Virus record (IMG/VR): IMGVR_UViG_3300025858_001097
Source of the DNA: a virus
Lineage: Duplodnaviria; Heunggongvirae; Uroviricota; Caudoviricetes
Direction: 5' to 3' (one strand)
DNA length: 64,000 nucleotides
Made by a program: the position numbers and the translations under genes. Position 1 is the stretch's first letter. Each line of letters opens with the position of its first letter. The notes beneath the pieces were generated by a model, which was not told the origin of the DNA, did not search any database, and saw nothing but the letters and a program-made list of their open reading frames with translations. Positions 1 to 9,400 of the stretch are shown here, piece after piece.

Positions 1-459
1 ATTATTTAATTTATCCATAAATGTATAAAACTTTGAGCGATATTTACCTTTAAGATCAATGAAATTAGAGGTCTCTGGTTTACTACCCGAAAAGACTTGC
101 GTGACAACATAGATATATTCTAGACCTAGTTGAAAATCTGGATTATCGACATCAAATTTAAAATCATCATTAAAACAATGTCTCTGATATTCTACAAATC
201 TATCTTTTTCTTGAGCTGGAATATCTTTTATAAATTCATGAAAATCTTTATGTTGTTTTATACATGAAAACAAATTAGAATTTAATTTATTATAATCATT
301 ATACACAACACGTTCTAAATTCTTAAATTTATCTAAATCTAAATTAAAATAAACCCAAAAAGCTCCAGAAAAATTCTCAACATATGTATTTATATCAGTT
401 GGAATATATTCTTGAATCCAACCGCCAATAGTACTCTTACCTCCAATATAAGAAAACAT
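1..459 (-). CDS. DNA N6-adenine methyltransferase (Dam/D12 class), N-terminal part; gene runs off the window start
   Basis: Manual revcomp translation from ATG at 457-459 is open to position 1: MFSYIGGKSTIGGWIQEYIP...VENFSGAFWVYFNL...YNDYNKLNSNLF. This matches the D12 N-terminal GGK motif, the FxGxG motif I and the DxN region. Not in the ORF track because it is partial. Confidence 0.55.
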   Translation of the reverse strand, partial: MFSYIGGKSTIGGWIQEYIPTDINTYVENFSGAFWVYFNLDLDKFKNLERVVYNDYNKLNSNLFSCIKQHKDFHEFIKDIPAQEKDRFVEYQRHCFNDDFKFDVDNPDFQLGLEYIYVVTQVFSGSKPETSNFIDLKGKYRSKFYTFMDKLNN

Positions 460-468
460 AATTCGTTT

Positions 469-1587
469 TTATTTTTTTAAAAAAGAGAAGTCATATCCTT
501 TATGAAGCTCTTTTAATGTGTTATATAATAAATTTATAGTATCTTCAACATCTCTTGTATGAACCATTTCTACTTTTGTATGCATATATCTCAAAGGTAT
601 TGAAACCAAAGCTGTTATAATACCATGACTCGCATAATTATCAGCATCAGTTCCAGTTGATTTTCCAAGAGCTTTTCTTTGATACTTTATCTTATTATTT
701 ATAGCAACTTTTTCTAAAAGTTCAACAAATTTTGGATGAGTTGTAGTAGCAAAAGTCAAAATCGGACCTTTACCACACACAATATTGCCACTCTTCTTTT
801 TATTCATCATTGGTGTTGATGTATCGTGAGTAACATCAATCACAATAGATAAATCCGGTTTATAGTTTTGACATATCATCGATGCTCCACGCAATCCAAC
901 TTCTTCTTGTACAACATTGGCAAACAACATAGACATGCGTGTTTTTTCTATTATTTCATCAGAAGTATCAGTAGAATTAATTTTGGATTCATCCTCTTTG
1001 ATTTTTTTGAGAACTTCCAATAAAATATATCCACCTATTTTATTATCCAGCCCTTTACCTGTGTAATAATTACCAACGATCTGAAAATTAGATGGATATG
1101 TTACAAGACATCCAGTTTTTACTCCCATTTTTGCGAGCTCTTTTCTTGATCCTACGCCACAATCAATAAATATATTTTCTATTGTAGGTTGAGTTTCTTT
1201 TGAAGCGTCGCGTGTATGAATAGCAGGCCAGCCAAATATACCATCAACCATACCTTTACCTGTATGGATTTTTACTCTACTCGATGGAGCTATTTGATGA
1301 TCGGCATTACCATTTTTAATGACATAAATTAAACCATCTTCTGTTATAAGGTTCACTCTATAAGATACCTCATCCACATGTGATTCTAACAGAACACTTC
1401 CATTAAAACCGTTTTTCTTAGCTATGACATTGCCGTAATTTTCTACAACAATTTCATTTGCATATTTTTTAACTTCATCTATCCATAGTTGCTGAGCGGG
1501 CATTTCAGCCCCACTAGGCGAATAACTATTCACATACTTTTCTAAAAATAATTCGTTCATATTAATTGCATTTACAAGGTTTAACAT
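469..1587 (-). CDS. M42-family metalloaminopeptidase (FrvX/PepA/YsdC-like)
   Basis: 372 aa. Motifs SHVDEVS (HxDE), GLDNKIGG (DD(R/K)xG-like) and VQEEVGLRGA are typical of M42 glutamyl aminopeptidases. Confidence 0.8.
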   Translation of the reverse strand: MLNLVNAINMNELFLEKYVNSYSPSGAEMPAQQLWIDEVKKYANEIVVENYGNVIAKKNGFNGSVLLESHVDEVSYRVNLITEDGLIYVIKNGNADHQIAPSSRVKIHTGKGMVDGIFGWPAIHTRDASKETQPTIENIFIDCGVGSRKELAKMGVKTGCLVTYPSNFQIVGNYYTGKGLDNKIGGYILLEVLKKIKEDESKINSTDTSDEIIEKTRMSMLFANVVQEEVGLRGASMICQNYKPDLSIVIDVTHDTSTPMMNKKKSGNIVCGKGPILTFATTTHPKFVELLEKVAINNKIKYQRKALGKSTGTDADNYASHGIITALVSIPLRYMHTKVEMVHTRDVEDTINLLYNTLKELHKGYDFSFLKK

Positions 1588-1858
1588 TAACTATAAAAAA
1601 ATCTCCAACCTCATCGTTATAATTTTTTGTGACTTGATAAAACTTTTTTTTATCCAGTAGAAATAACATGTCGTGTTTATTAGGTCTTACACTGGAAGGA
1701 AAATCTTTTCTATGAAGAAAAATGTCTATGTTGTCTCCGAGAGTTGTTCCATCAGATGAATAGGCATTCACTTTAAACTTATCCGTTATATCATATTCAT
1801 ATCCATTATTGGATTTTTTAGTAGAGTAATAATCTACCAAGAATTTATTGTCGTTCAT
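1562..1858 (-). CDS. hypothetical protein (98 aa)
   Basis: ORF track; overlaps the upstream gene end by 26 nt; no recognisable motif. Confidence 0.4.
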   Translation of the reverse strand: MNDNKFLVDYYSTKKSNNGYEYDITDKFKVNAYSSDGTTLGDNIDIFLHRKDFPSSVRPNKHDMLFLLDKKKFYQVTKNYNDEVGDFFIVNVKPCKCN

Positions 1859-2102
1859 TTTTCTTTTCGTATTTTAATTTTATATTATTCAATATTATCT
1901 GCATTTTACTTATAACTTCAACATAATCTTGAAGTAAATAATCTAAATTAGCTTCTTTATTATTTTCTATAATGAAAGTAAATGAAGCTAAAATCGCTTT
2001 ATAATGAACATATTCTATCAGTTCCTTGATATTCTCTTTTTCAAATGGAACATTTTCAAGGAACTGATAAATATCTTCGCTAAGTTCAAAATTTTTTTTC
2101 AC
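1845..2102 (-). CDS. hypothetical protein (85 aa)
   Basis: ORF track; 4-nt overlaps with neighbours suggest coupled genes. Confidence 0.4.
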   Translation of the reverse strand: MKKNFELSEDIYQFLENVPFEKENIKELIEYVHYKAILASFTFIIENNKEANLDYLLQDYVEVISKMQIILNNIKLKYEKKNERQ

Positions 2103-2443
2103 TCTTCAAAATATTTCCCAATAAATTTTTTCAATTCATTCTTAGGAAAAGCGCCAGTGTGCATAATAGGTTTTCCTTCTATTGGAATAAATAATATGGA
2201 TGGAATACTTCTTATATTAAAAGTACTCGATAAATCATATTCTTCATCTACATCTACTTTATATAAAGTAAAATTCCCCTCTCTTTCTAACTCTTCTAAA
2301 ACTGGAGCCACCATCTTACAAGGTCCACACCACTCTGCATAAAAATCTATAATAACAGGCTTATTCCCCTTAAATTTAAAATCCTTATCTTTTTCAAAAT
2401 CATAAATAATCTCTTTAAAATCTTTAGTAGTAATTTTCTTCAT
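2099..2443 (-). CDS. trx: thioredoxin
   Basis: WCGPCK active site with a preceding DFYAEW motif; 114 aa. Confidence 0.8.
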   Translation of the reverse strand: MKKITTKDFKEIIYDFEKDKDFKFKGNKPVIIDFYAEWCGPCKMVAPVLEELEREGNFTLYKVDVDEEYDLSSTFNIRSIPSILFIPIEGKPIMHTGAFPKNELKKFIGKYFEE

Positions 2444-2489
2444 AATTCAAATCATTATTTTTTTTATTGTATTAAATTTTACAATAATT

Positions 2490-2648
2490 GTTTTAAACAT
2501 TTCCAGGTTTACAATTTTGATATTCATCAAATAAAACTCCAGTTTTTGTTATTGTAATTCTATTTTCAATAATAAATGGTTCTTCAGTTTTTTCAATATA
2601 AATATCGACAATTCCGTCTTTTTCTTCGACTTTAACTATCTTATCCAT
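2490..2648 (-). CDS. possible small ORF (about 52 aa) below the ORF-track size cut-off
   Basis: Manual translation: MDKIVKVEEKDGIVDIYIEKTEEPFIIENRITITKTGVLFDEYQNCKPGNV. Its ATG overlaps the stop of the upstream gene (ATGGATAA). Confidence 0.25.
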
Positions 2649-2877
2649 TGTTTTTCTTATTTTTTTCCTTCCCTATAGAGAACAAATTTTTCCATAAAGA
2701 TTTCTTTTTTGGTGGGGGATTTGGCGTCAACCCCTTTTCAGTAACCGTCCAACTTGATGGTTTGCCTCCCTTTTCATAACCCCAAGTGCAAAAACCGCCA
2801 CATTCACATCTGTTTTTGTAAGCTGGTTCCCAAGGCTCTCCACAAATAACGCATATTAATTTTTTATCGTTTTCCAT
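2641..2877 (-). CDS. Cys-rich zinc-ribbon-like small protein
   Basis: CVICGEPW...CECGGFC...; 78 aa. Confidence 0.4.
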   Translation of the reverse strand: MENDKKLICVICGEPWEPAYKNRCECGGFCTWGYEKGGKPSSWTVTEKGLTPNPPPKKKSLWKNLFSIGKEKNKKNNG

Positions 2878-2908
2878 TACTTTTTCTCCTAAATATTTTT
2901 ATTATTTT

Positions 2909-3355
2909 TTATGAGTACATACTTAAATAATCAAATCTAACGCCTATTTCATATCTTTCAAGTAGTTCGTTTGTTCGATAAATCATCCTAGAATTATGAA
3001 AAACTAATTTTTGTATAACACATCCTTCTTTGGAAAATTTTTCTATTGTGATTGTCGGTAATTTAATCTTACTTCTTTCACACGCTTCGAATATTTTCGA
3101 CATTCTGATGTATGCTTCTTTTTCCTTAAATTTTATATTTTTTTCATAAATTTCATTTCTTACCGGAGCATATCTTGTTGAATTCTTATAAGAATATTCA
3201 ACTCTATTTATTTCAAAATGAGTATCCATTTCTATTGGATAATGTTCATATCCTAATCTTAAATATAATCCTTCAACTAATTCTTCTTTTACATCGTCTT
3301 CGACGAACTCGTCATCTTCGAATTGTCCATCGCTATACCATTTGATCTTACTCAT
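2909..3355 (-). CDS. hypothetical protein (148 aa)
   Basis: ORF track only. Confidence 0.45.
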   Translation of the reverse strand: MSKIKWYSDGQFEDDEFVEDDVKEELVEGLYLRLGYEHYPIEMDTHFEINRVEYSYKNSTRYAPVRNEIYEKNIKFKEKEAYIRMSKIFEACERSKIKLPTITIEKFSKEGCVIQKLVFHNSRMIYRTNELLERYEIGVRFDYLSMYS

Positions 3356-3361
3356 AATATT

Positions 3362-3922
3362 TTATTTTAAATTTAATTCTTTTTCTCCAAAAACTTCAGC
3401 TTCATATGTAAATATGTCAGCATCTTTCCAATCATTCCACCCAAGACCCATTTTATCTTGTGAACAATGACCTAAAAATTCCATAAGCGACCAACCAGTT
3501 TCAGTAGCCACTTGTGGTAAAAATGTTCCACTTCTACCATGTTTAGTCATAAAAATTCCATGTTTTCCAATCTCTATATCATTAACATCTGTTATTCTTC
3601 TAAACGGAGTAAGTACTGATATTTCAATATCAATTTCATTCATCTCATCTATTCTAACTGGCGGAAATCTGTCGTCTTGAAACGCAGATTGTATGGCGGT
3701 ATCATGAACTGCTTTATATAATTCATAATCTGAGTTGAATCTTCCTGTACAACCTCTTAACATACCGTTTTTATGTAAAGTTACAAAGGATCCACAATGA
3801 GCTTGTAAAATTTTTGTTTCTGATAGTGGTGAGTATTTTACATGATTTAAAGTTGCATCTATTGTTTCTCTTGCAATTTTTAATAATTCTATTCTGTCTT
3901 TATCGGTAAATCTCATAAACAA
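3362..3922 (-). CDS. AMMECR1 domain protein
   Basis: CGSFVTL...LRGCTG matches the AMMECR1 signature (CGAFVTL / LRGCIG). Confidence 0.75.
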   Translation of the reverse strand: MFMRFTDKDRIELLKIARETIDATLNHVKYSPLSETKILQAHCGSFVTLHKNGMLRGCTGRFNSDYELYKAVHDTAIQSAFQDDRFPPVRIDEMNEIDIEISVLTPFRRITDVNDIEIGKHGIFMTKHGRSGTFLPQVATETGWSLMEFLGHCSQDKMGLGWNDWKDADIFTYEAEVFGEKELNLK

Positions 3923-3932
3923 AATCCCTTTT

Positions 3933-3942
3933 TATATATTAA
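3933..3942 (-). promoter_or_regulatory. promoter-like box upstream of the AMMECR1 gene
   Basis: tatatattaa, 11 nt from the ATG. Confidence 0.4.
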
Positions 3943-4082
3943 TTTTTTTTCTTCGAAACACCCGAAAACCAATTTATTTTTTATAAAATAATATTCCCGA
4001 AATGCCCTACAACACTATCATTTACAGCAAATGATACTTCAATGATCTTTAATTATATTTTTATATAAATTGAACCTTTTTA

Positions 4083-4095
4083 TTTAATATATAAT
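4083..4095 (+). promoter_or_regulatory. promoter-like box upstream of 4121..4429
   Basis: tttaatatataat. Confidence 0.4.
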
Positions 4096-4120
4096 ATTAA
4101 ATTAGAGTTGTTTAAATAAT

Positions 4121-4429
4121 ATGGATTTCATAATATTTCTTTTAGCCACTATAGGATTTACATTAATAATAAACGTTTCTTTTTTGTTTAAGGCAATAAG
4201 AGATTGGACTAAAAATAAAAATAAGTATTTATCTAAATTAGTTACCTGTAGTCAATGTGCTGGTTTTTGGGCATCTTTAATAGTTCAATTTATAATTTTG
4301 ATACATCAAAGAATGGCATTTGCTTTCTATTGGTGTGATTTATATTATATACTTTATGGATTTATAGGTAGTTTTGTTTGTTATTTAACATATCTTTTAA
4401 TCAAACCTTTAATAGATAAATTTGATTAA
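4121..4429 (+). CDS. small membrane protein (about 3 TM helices)
   Basis: Hydrophobic segments; promoter-like box at 4083-4095. Confidence 0.45.
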   Translation: MDFIIFLLATIGFTLIINVSFLFKAIRDWTKNKNKYLSKLVTCSQCAGFWASLIVQFIILIHQRMAFAFYWCDLYYILYGFIGSFVCYLTYLLIKPLIDKFD

Positions 4430-4680
4430 CTTAACATTTTATCAATTAATTTTGTTCGTTTTCTAGCAAGCTTCTCTTCTTTTGTTATAAAAAGTATATT
4501 TTTCAGAATTCCAAACCACCCACAATCCAGGCAAACATAAGCTTTTTCACTAAACTCCTTTCTTTCCATTATCCATAAAGAAGATTTTAAACATTTATTA
4601 CCATCTCTCTCAAAATTGTCAGATAAACAATTTGGACAATACAGATGAAATTTTTGTCCTTTGAAAGGACCTAAAGGCAT
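4426..4680 (-). CDS. zinc-ribbon protein (84 aa)
   Basis: CPNC...CLDCG Cys pairs. Confidence 0.45.
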   Translation of the reverse strand: MPLGPFKGQKFHLYCPNCLSDNFERDGNKCLKSSLWIMERKEFSEKAYVCLDCGWFGILKNILFITKEEKLARKRTKLIDKMLS

Positions 4681-4879
4681 ATTAAACCTCCCAATTTTCT
4701 TTTAGATTTGAAAATTAAATATTTATAAAAATCATGCAAAATCATGATATATACTATTACTTTATTATTTATTATATTTTTTCCGGCCGGCATCCATTCG
4801 AACAATGCGCAGTTGGTCTTAAAAAATATCTTATTGTTGCTAATTCTCTCATGATTTTTCTTTTATTTTATATATTAAT

Positions 4880-5539
4880 TTAGAGTTTCAAATTTTTAGT
4901 ATTATTCTTAAATCTTTCTTCGATAAAGGAATAATTAACATCCTTTTTTTCTATATCAGAATAAGAAGCTATTTGTGTAGCTATTATCGGATTAACCAAT
5001 AAACATATATTTTTTCTTTGAAAATAACTAGCCATGAAAACATCTAGTGTGTCTTGAAATTCAATTTTTTCTAATCCATCATATTTTCTAATAAAAAAAT
5101 CGTATGTTTTATGATTATAACAAAAAGCATGACAAGCAAATGCGTTTTTAAGTAGAAGTATATTTGGTTTTGATTTTGTTATGAATTGAAGTGGTTCGTG
5201 AGTATTCGCTCCTAAATAAAACAACCACCAATCTAAATTTCCTATTTGAGATATAGATTTTTCTAAAATTTCTACGGAATTATTTATAAAATGAACGTCA
5301 TCTTCAAAAACCAGAACATTTTTTAATCCTTTTTCTTTAGCCATTTTAATAATAGCTAAATTTGATTTTACTACACCTAGACGACCATCATTTTCTTTAA
5401 TAGCTGAAAAACGTTGAACTCTTGGCAACACACCCACATTATCAAATTCTTTTTGAACTCTATCCCATCTATCAGTTCTATGATCTAAATTTATGCAATA
5501 AATTTCTTCAAAGAAATCCCAAACTTTATTATATTCCAT
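4880..5539 (-). CDS. glycosyltransferase family 25 (LPS / collagen beta-galactosyltransferase family)
   Basis: N-terminus IYCINLDHRTDRWDRVQKEF...RFSAIK matches the Glyco_transf_25 signature. It is the last gene of the fibre locus. Confidence 0.7.
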   Translation of the reverse strand: MEYNKVWDFFEEIYCINLDHRTDRWDRVQKEFDNVGVLPRVQRFSAIKENDGRLGVVKSNLAIIKMAKEKGLKNVLVFEDDVHFINNSVEILEKSISQIGNLDWWLFYLGANTHEPLQFITKSKPNILLLKNAFACHAFCYNHKTYDFFIRKYDGLEKIEFQDTLDVFMASYFQRKNICLLVNPIIATQIASYSDIEKKDVNYSFIEERFKNNTKNLKL

Positions 5540-5601
5540 GGCACAATAATTTATTTTATAATAAAATTTATATTAAAAACAATATTAAAAGTTTATTAAT
5601 G

Positions 5602-8600
5602 TTATGGTGCCTCTAAATATGTATATAAAGGTATCCAACCTTCATAATAATTTCCAAGAGCATCATCATAAACAGATATTTTAGCCATACGTTCTAATTT
5701 GTATCCAGGACTTCCTATTGTTGGGAAGTTTATAGTAGTGTCTGTTAGACCAGTGAAATTTGTCAAGTTACCAGAATCAACTAAATTCTGATTAGTTATG
5801 AAATTTCCCCTCAAAGTAGTGAAAGCTTTATCAGTATTACCACTTGTTTGTAAATGTATAACTGAAAGATTATTTGAATTTGTTGATTCATAAGCGTTTA
5901 TATTACCTTTTTTATCTATATCTGTTGTTGAATGTCCTCCATAAAAATTGGACATGCCTTCGCTATTTATATCAACTCTAGTATTTCCGCTATTTCTAAT
6001 AGATAAAAGTGTTACTCCACTATCAGTTATATCATTTTTAGTATCTAAGAAATGTATAGTGTTTCCTGTATTGGCTGGATCTAATTGATAAAAAACAGAC
6101 GCTCCGCCACCAGTTATTTTATTATTGACAAATAAATCTCCTCCAGTTACTTCTCTAAAAGATATGTCATCTATTGTAACTATACCAGTACCAGACGTGT
6201 ATGTAGAAGCCATATTTATGGTAAAATCCCCAACGGCTGTAGCTGGTGTTTTTATATAAAAAGTATATGTTTTACTTACGTCTTGGGTGAAAATTAATTC
6301 ATAGGCATATCCTAAAAATGAAGAATTTATAAATCCAGTGATAATCGTTCCAGCACTATGCACAAAACTATAATTCAATCTATACCATCTATTAGGTAAT
6401 ATTGATCTAGCAAAATTAGCTGATGTTTGTGTTATAGAACCTACTCCTGTGGAGTGTGTATATGTGCCTTTATCTCCTGTGAGTGCCATATCTCCAGTGG
6501 CTGACCAACTTGTGCCACTAGTTAAAGCTGAATTTGTAAATGAATCTAATTCCAGTGTATCGAATCTTAATACTTCTTCATTTCCTCTTATCTCTGTTTT
6601 TCTTATATCATAATTACCAACAACAACAGAATTGCTTTCCATTACTTTTGTATCATAACCTATTGCAGTAGAATTAGTTAACGCGGATGTAGAATCTTTT
6701 GAAGCTCCTCGACCCAATAGGGTTAAATAACTATCAGTTGTTAAATTAGTTCTACCAGTTACTGAATAAGAAGGCTGATATACTCCAGCGTTTTGCCCTA
6801 ATACAGTATTATAACCGCCAGTCGATCCGCCAGCAGCAGAATGACCCACTATTGTATTATCATTACCAGTAGTTATGTCAGATCCGGCGTTAGATCCTAT
6901 CGCAACATTAGCCCCACCAGTAGTAGCTAATCGTAACGACGTATATCCGATGGCTACATTATTATATGACGATAAATTATACGCAGCATTATAACCAATG
7001 AGAGTATTATTTGCAGCAGTAGATATAAGTGATCCTGCGTAAACTCCTATAATTACATTAGAAGTGCCGGTTGTTAAATTAAATCCTGATCCTAAACCAA
7101 TGCCAATATTTTCTGATCCAGTTGTTAATTTATTTAAAGCTGAATGACCAACAGCAGTATTAGAATAACCATAAGTTAAAAGTCTTAGAGCTAAAGGACC
7201 TAACGCAACGTTATAATCACCGGTGGTTGATGTGTATAAAGATTCTGTGCCTACAGCGAGATTAAATACTCCAGTCGTGATATTCTTTAAAGAATTTGTT
7301 CCAATAGCTGTGTTAGAATAACCATAAGTTAAATTTTCTAAAGCTGAAGCCCCAAATGCTGTATTGGAAGTACTCCCGGTGGCAGAAAATCTCAAACTAT
7401 TGGTTCCTACTCCCAAATTATTAGGAGTGAAAGCACTTCTAGCTTCCAGACCAATTCCTGTGACAGTTGTGTGTATCAAAGGAGCCCTTATAGCGGCTGT
7501 GGATGGATCAAGTTCTTTTATTGATATATCACTAATAGTTCCACTCGCCCCAGAAGGAACTTCTATTTGAACTGTTACTGACCCTGTAGTATTGGCTGTT
7601 AAATCGGCTGATGTGATTATTATATTTTGTTTTGGATTACTTTTGACGGTTCCAACATATGCGTAAACTTCACTTTTAAAAGTATAAGTAGACGCTCCTC
7701 CAACGGTCCAACTAATTAAATATCTTCTACCTGAAGTAGCGGTTATAGTAGTACTGATAGCACTCAACGCGCCTGCACTGTGTGTATATATACCACCTCC
7801 ACTATTTACCCAATTAGTGCCGAGTGTCCACCCGGTTGGATTTATATTTAATTCGGTTGATAAATTAGGAATATCTGATGATGTATATAGATTAACGCCC
7901 GCTGTATTTAAAACACCATCTAAAGCTATTGGATTTGTGTAACTCGGTTTTAAAGTTGTGGTATTTCCTGTTATATAAAAATAGGCATATAAAGGATCGC
8001 TCCCTTTCTTGTTAGCATAAGGTACAACAGATAAAGTACTGGCCGATATTGTTAAATCGAAAGTTCTATCCATTACGTCAGTAGAGCCTGTCATTATATT
8101 AATCCAACTGGAGTAACCATTAGCGTCGCTCTTTAAAATTTTATCCTCTCCTTCCGATCCGTTAGCATATCTTAAAGTCGAAGACATCAATGTTAATACA
8201 TTTGTATCTGGATCAAAAGTAAATCCACTATCTGTATTATAGCCATATGTAGCCCCTGTATCTCTAAATATAACTTCGAGATTATCTCCTATTAGTGGAA
8301 GAAAACCACTAGTTCCACTACTACCAGATGTACCATAACTTAAACCTGATGTTCCGCTGCTACCAATACCAGAAGTTCCACTAGTTCCAGAAGATCCAGG
8401 CGACCCCGAACCGCTAGTTCCACTTGATCCTGATCCGCTAGTCCCACTCGAGCCTAAAAAATTACCATCTTTTCCACTAGTTCCGCTAGTTCCATAAAAA
8501 TTACCATCAACGCCTGAGCTACCACTTGTTCCAGATTGTCCCTGACCTCCAGCCGGTAGAAAAGATATAATATATTGTTTTCCTTCTACTAAATTTCCAT

Positions 8601-9372
8601 TGGTGTTATATGCTGACAAATTGGATATATTATGCCAATTTCCATTAGCTATAGATGTTATTCCTGTGTATATGCCAAAAAATTCAGGATTCCCCCATTC
8701 CTCTATTTTTAATATACCACCATTCCAACTATTTAACCAGTATCCTAAATCTTGACCGTTACCGTCAACATCGTTTATTGTAAAACCTGTTATCGTTCCT
8801 AAATCTGTTATACTGGCGCTACAACATCCACTATCAGGATATGTTTCACCTGTAAAAGTCCATAATCTTGTTGCTCCACCATATCCACCATCCAATCCAG
8901 ATGTACCAGATGAACCAAAACCAGATGTACCACTTGATCCTGTTAAACCACTAGTGCCTGAAGATCCTGTTTCACCGCTACTTCCACTTGTCCCTGAAGT
9001 GCCGCTCGTACCACTAGTTCCTCTGCCGCTTGTTCCACTTGTGCCGCCAGTGCCACTTGTGCCTCCAGTTCCACTAGTTCCACCTGTTCCGTCTCTACCA
9101 CTACTTCCGTTTGTTCCGTCTCTGCCACTCGTACCGCTGGTTCCATCTGCTCCGCTTGATCCAAAGAAAACTCCATCAACACCCGATGTACCATCTTTAC
9201 CAGATGTGCCGGAAGATCCAGATGCTGAAGTTCCTCCAGTGGTTATATAATGCCACGTGCAATCTTCAAATTTTTCCCATAAACCTACTAAATCTCTACC
9301 GAGGTATATATGACCGGTATCTGGACAACCAATGTCATTAGGATTTATAAGCTGGATTTTTTTGAAACTCAT
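5602..9372 (-). CDS. collagen-like fibre protein 1
   Basis: 1256 aa. It has the conserved N-terminal MSFKKIQLI(N/D)P..IG.P..GHIYLG domain shared with the genes at 15766 and 30764, and two Gly-X-Y (G-T-S / G-S-S) blocks. The C-terminal half carries YadA-head / Hep_Hag-like 14-residue repeats (NTAIG..AL..TTG). Confidence 0.8.
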   Translation of the reverse strand: MSFKKIQLINPNDIGCPDTGHIYLGRDLVGLWEKFEDCTWHYITTGGTSASGSSGTSGKDGTSGVDGVFFGSSGADGTSGTSGRDGTNGSSGRDGTGGTSGTGGTSGTGGTSGTSGRGTSGTSGTSGTSGSSGETGSSGTSGLTGSSGTSGFGSSGTSGLDGGYGGATRLWTFTGETYPDSGCCSASITDLGTITGFTINDVDGNGQDLGYWLNSWNGGILKIEEWGNPEFFGIYTGITSIANGNWHNISNLSAYNTNGNLVEGKQYIISFLPAGGQGQSGTSGSSGVDGNFYGTSGTSGKDGNFLGSSGTSGSGSSGTSGSGSPGSSGTSGTSGIGSSGTSGLSYGTSGSSGTSGFLPLIGDNLEVIFRDTGATYGYNTDSGFTFDPDTNVLTLMSSTLRYANGSEGEDKILKSDANGYSSWINIMTGSTDVMDRTFDLTISASTLSVVPYANKKGSDPLYAYFYITGNTTTLKPSYTNPIALDGVLNTAGVNLYTSSDIPNLSTELNINPTGWTLGTNWVNSGGGIYTHSAGALSAISTTITATSGRRYLISWTVGGASTYTFKSEVYAYVGTVKSNPKQNIIITSADLTANTTGSVTVQIEVPSGASGTISDISIKELDPSTAAIRAPLIHTTVTGIGLEARSAFTPNNLGVGTNSLRFSATGSTSNTAFGASALENLTYGYSNTAIGTNSLKNITTGVFNLAVGTESLYTSTTGDYNVALGPLALRLLTYGYSNTAVGHSALNKLTTGSENIGIGLGSGFNLTTGTSNVIIGVYAGSLISTAANNTLIGYNAAYNLSSYNNVAIGYTSLRLATTGGANVAIGSNAGSDITTGNDNTIVGHSAAGGSTGGYNTVLGQNAGVYQPSYSVTGRTNLTTDSYLTLLGRGASKDSTSALTNSTAIGYDTKVMESNSVVVGNYDIRKTEIRGNEEVLRFDTLELDSFTNSALTSGTSWSATGDMALTGDKGTYTHSTGVGSITQTSANFARSILPNRWYRLNYSFVHSAGTIITGFINSSFLGYAYELIFTQDVSKTYTFYIKTPATAVGDFTINMASTYTSGTGIVTIDDISFREVTGGDLFVNNKITGGGASVFYQLDPANTGNTIHFLDTKNDITDSGVTLLSIRNSGNTRVDINSEGMSNFYGGHSTTDIDKKGNINAYESTNSNNLSVIHLQTSGNTDKAFTTLRGNFITNQNLVDSGNLTNFTGLTDTTINFPTIGSPGYKLERMAKISVYDDALGNYYEGWIPLYTYLEAP
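8322..9237 (-). repeat. Gly-X-Y collagen-like 9-bp coding repeats (two blocks) of fibre protein 1
   Basis: GGN-ACN-AGN periodicity; coordinates approximate. Confidence 0.7.
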
Positions 9373-9390
9373 TTGAAGAATTTTTATTTC

Positions 9391-9400
9391 TATATATTAA
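9391..9400 (-). promoter_or_regulatory. promoter-like box (plus-strand TATATATTAA = gene-strand TTAATATATA) 19 nt upstream of the fibre 1 ATG; a second copy lies at 9465-9480
   Basis: Recurrent motif. Confidence 0.45.

Noticed and set aside
2004-2342. Plus-strand ORF antisense to the thioredoxin gene; similar antisense or off-frame ORFs at 5422..5616, 7364..7570, 11473..11694, 13188..13385, 13950..14195, 15826..16128, 17828..18428, 19856..20246, 33095..33385, 35131..35340, 36285..36506, 38818..39015, 39981..40447, 42155..42506, 43232..43477, 44726..44932, 45944..46180, 46520..46702, 53073..53538, 56193..56661, 56813..57061, 61844..62029, 62724..63214, 63316..63504
   Set aside because: Each lies entirely within a longer ORF on the opposite strand or in another frame that has recognisable domains or better coding character. 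AT-rich genomes generate many spurious open frames (Phe/Ile/Leu/Asn/Tyr-rich).
8943-9341. ORFs 8943..9194, 8954..9250, 9111..9341 and their counterparts 30245..30676, 30317..30580, 30373..30630
   Set aside because: Off-frame artefacts inside the N-terminal collagen blocks of fibres 1 and 3. They are useful only as evidence that the two regions are near-identical at the DNA level.
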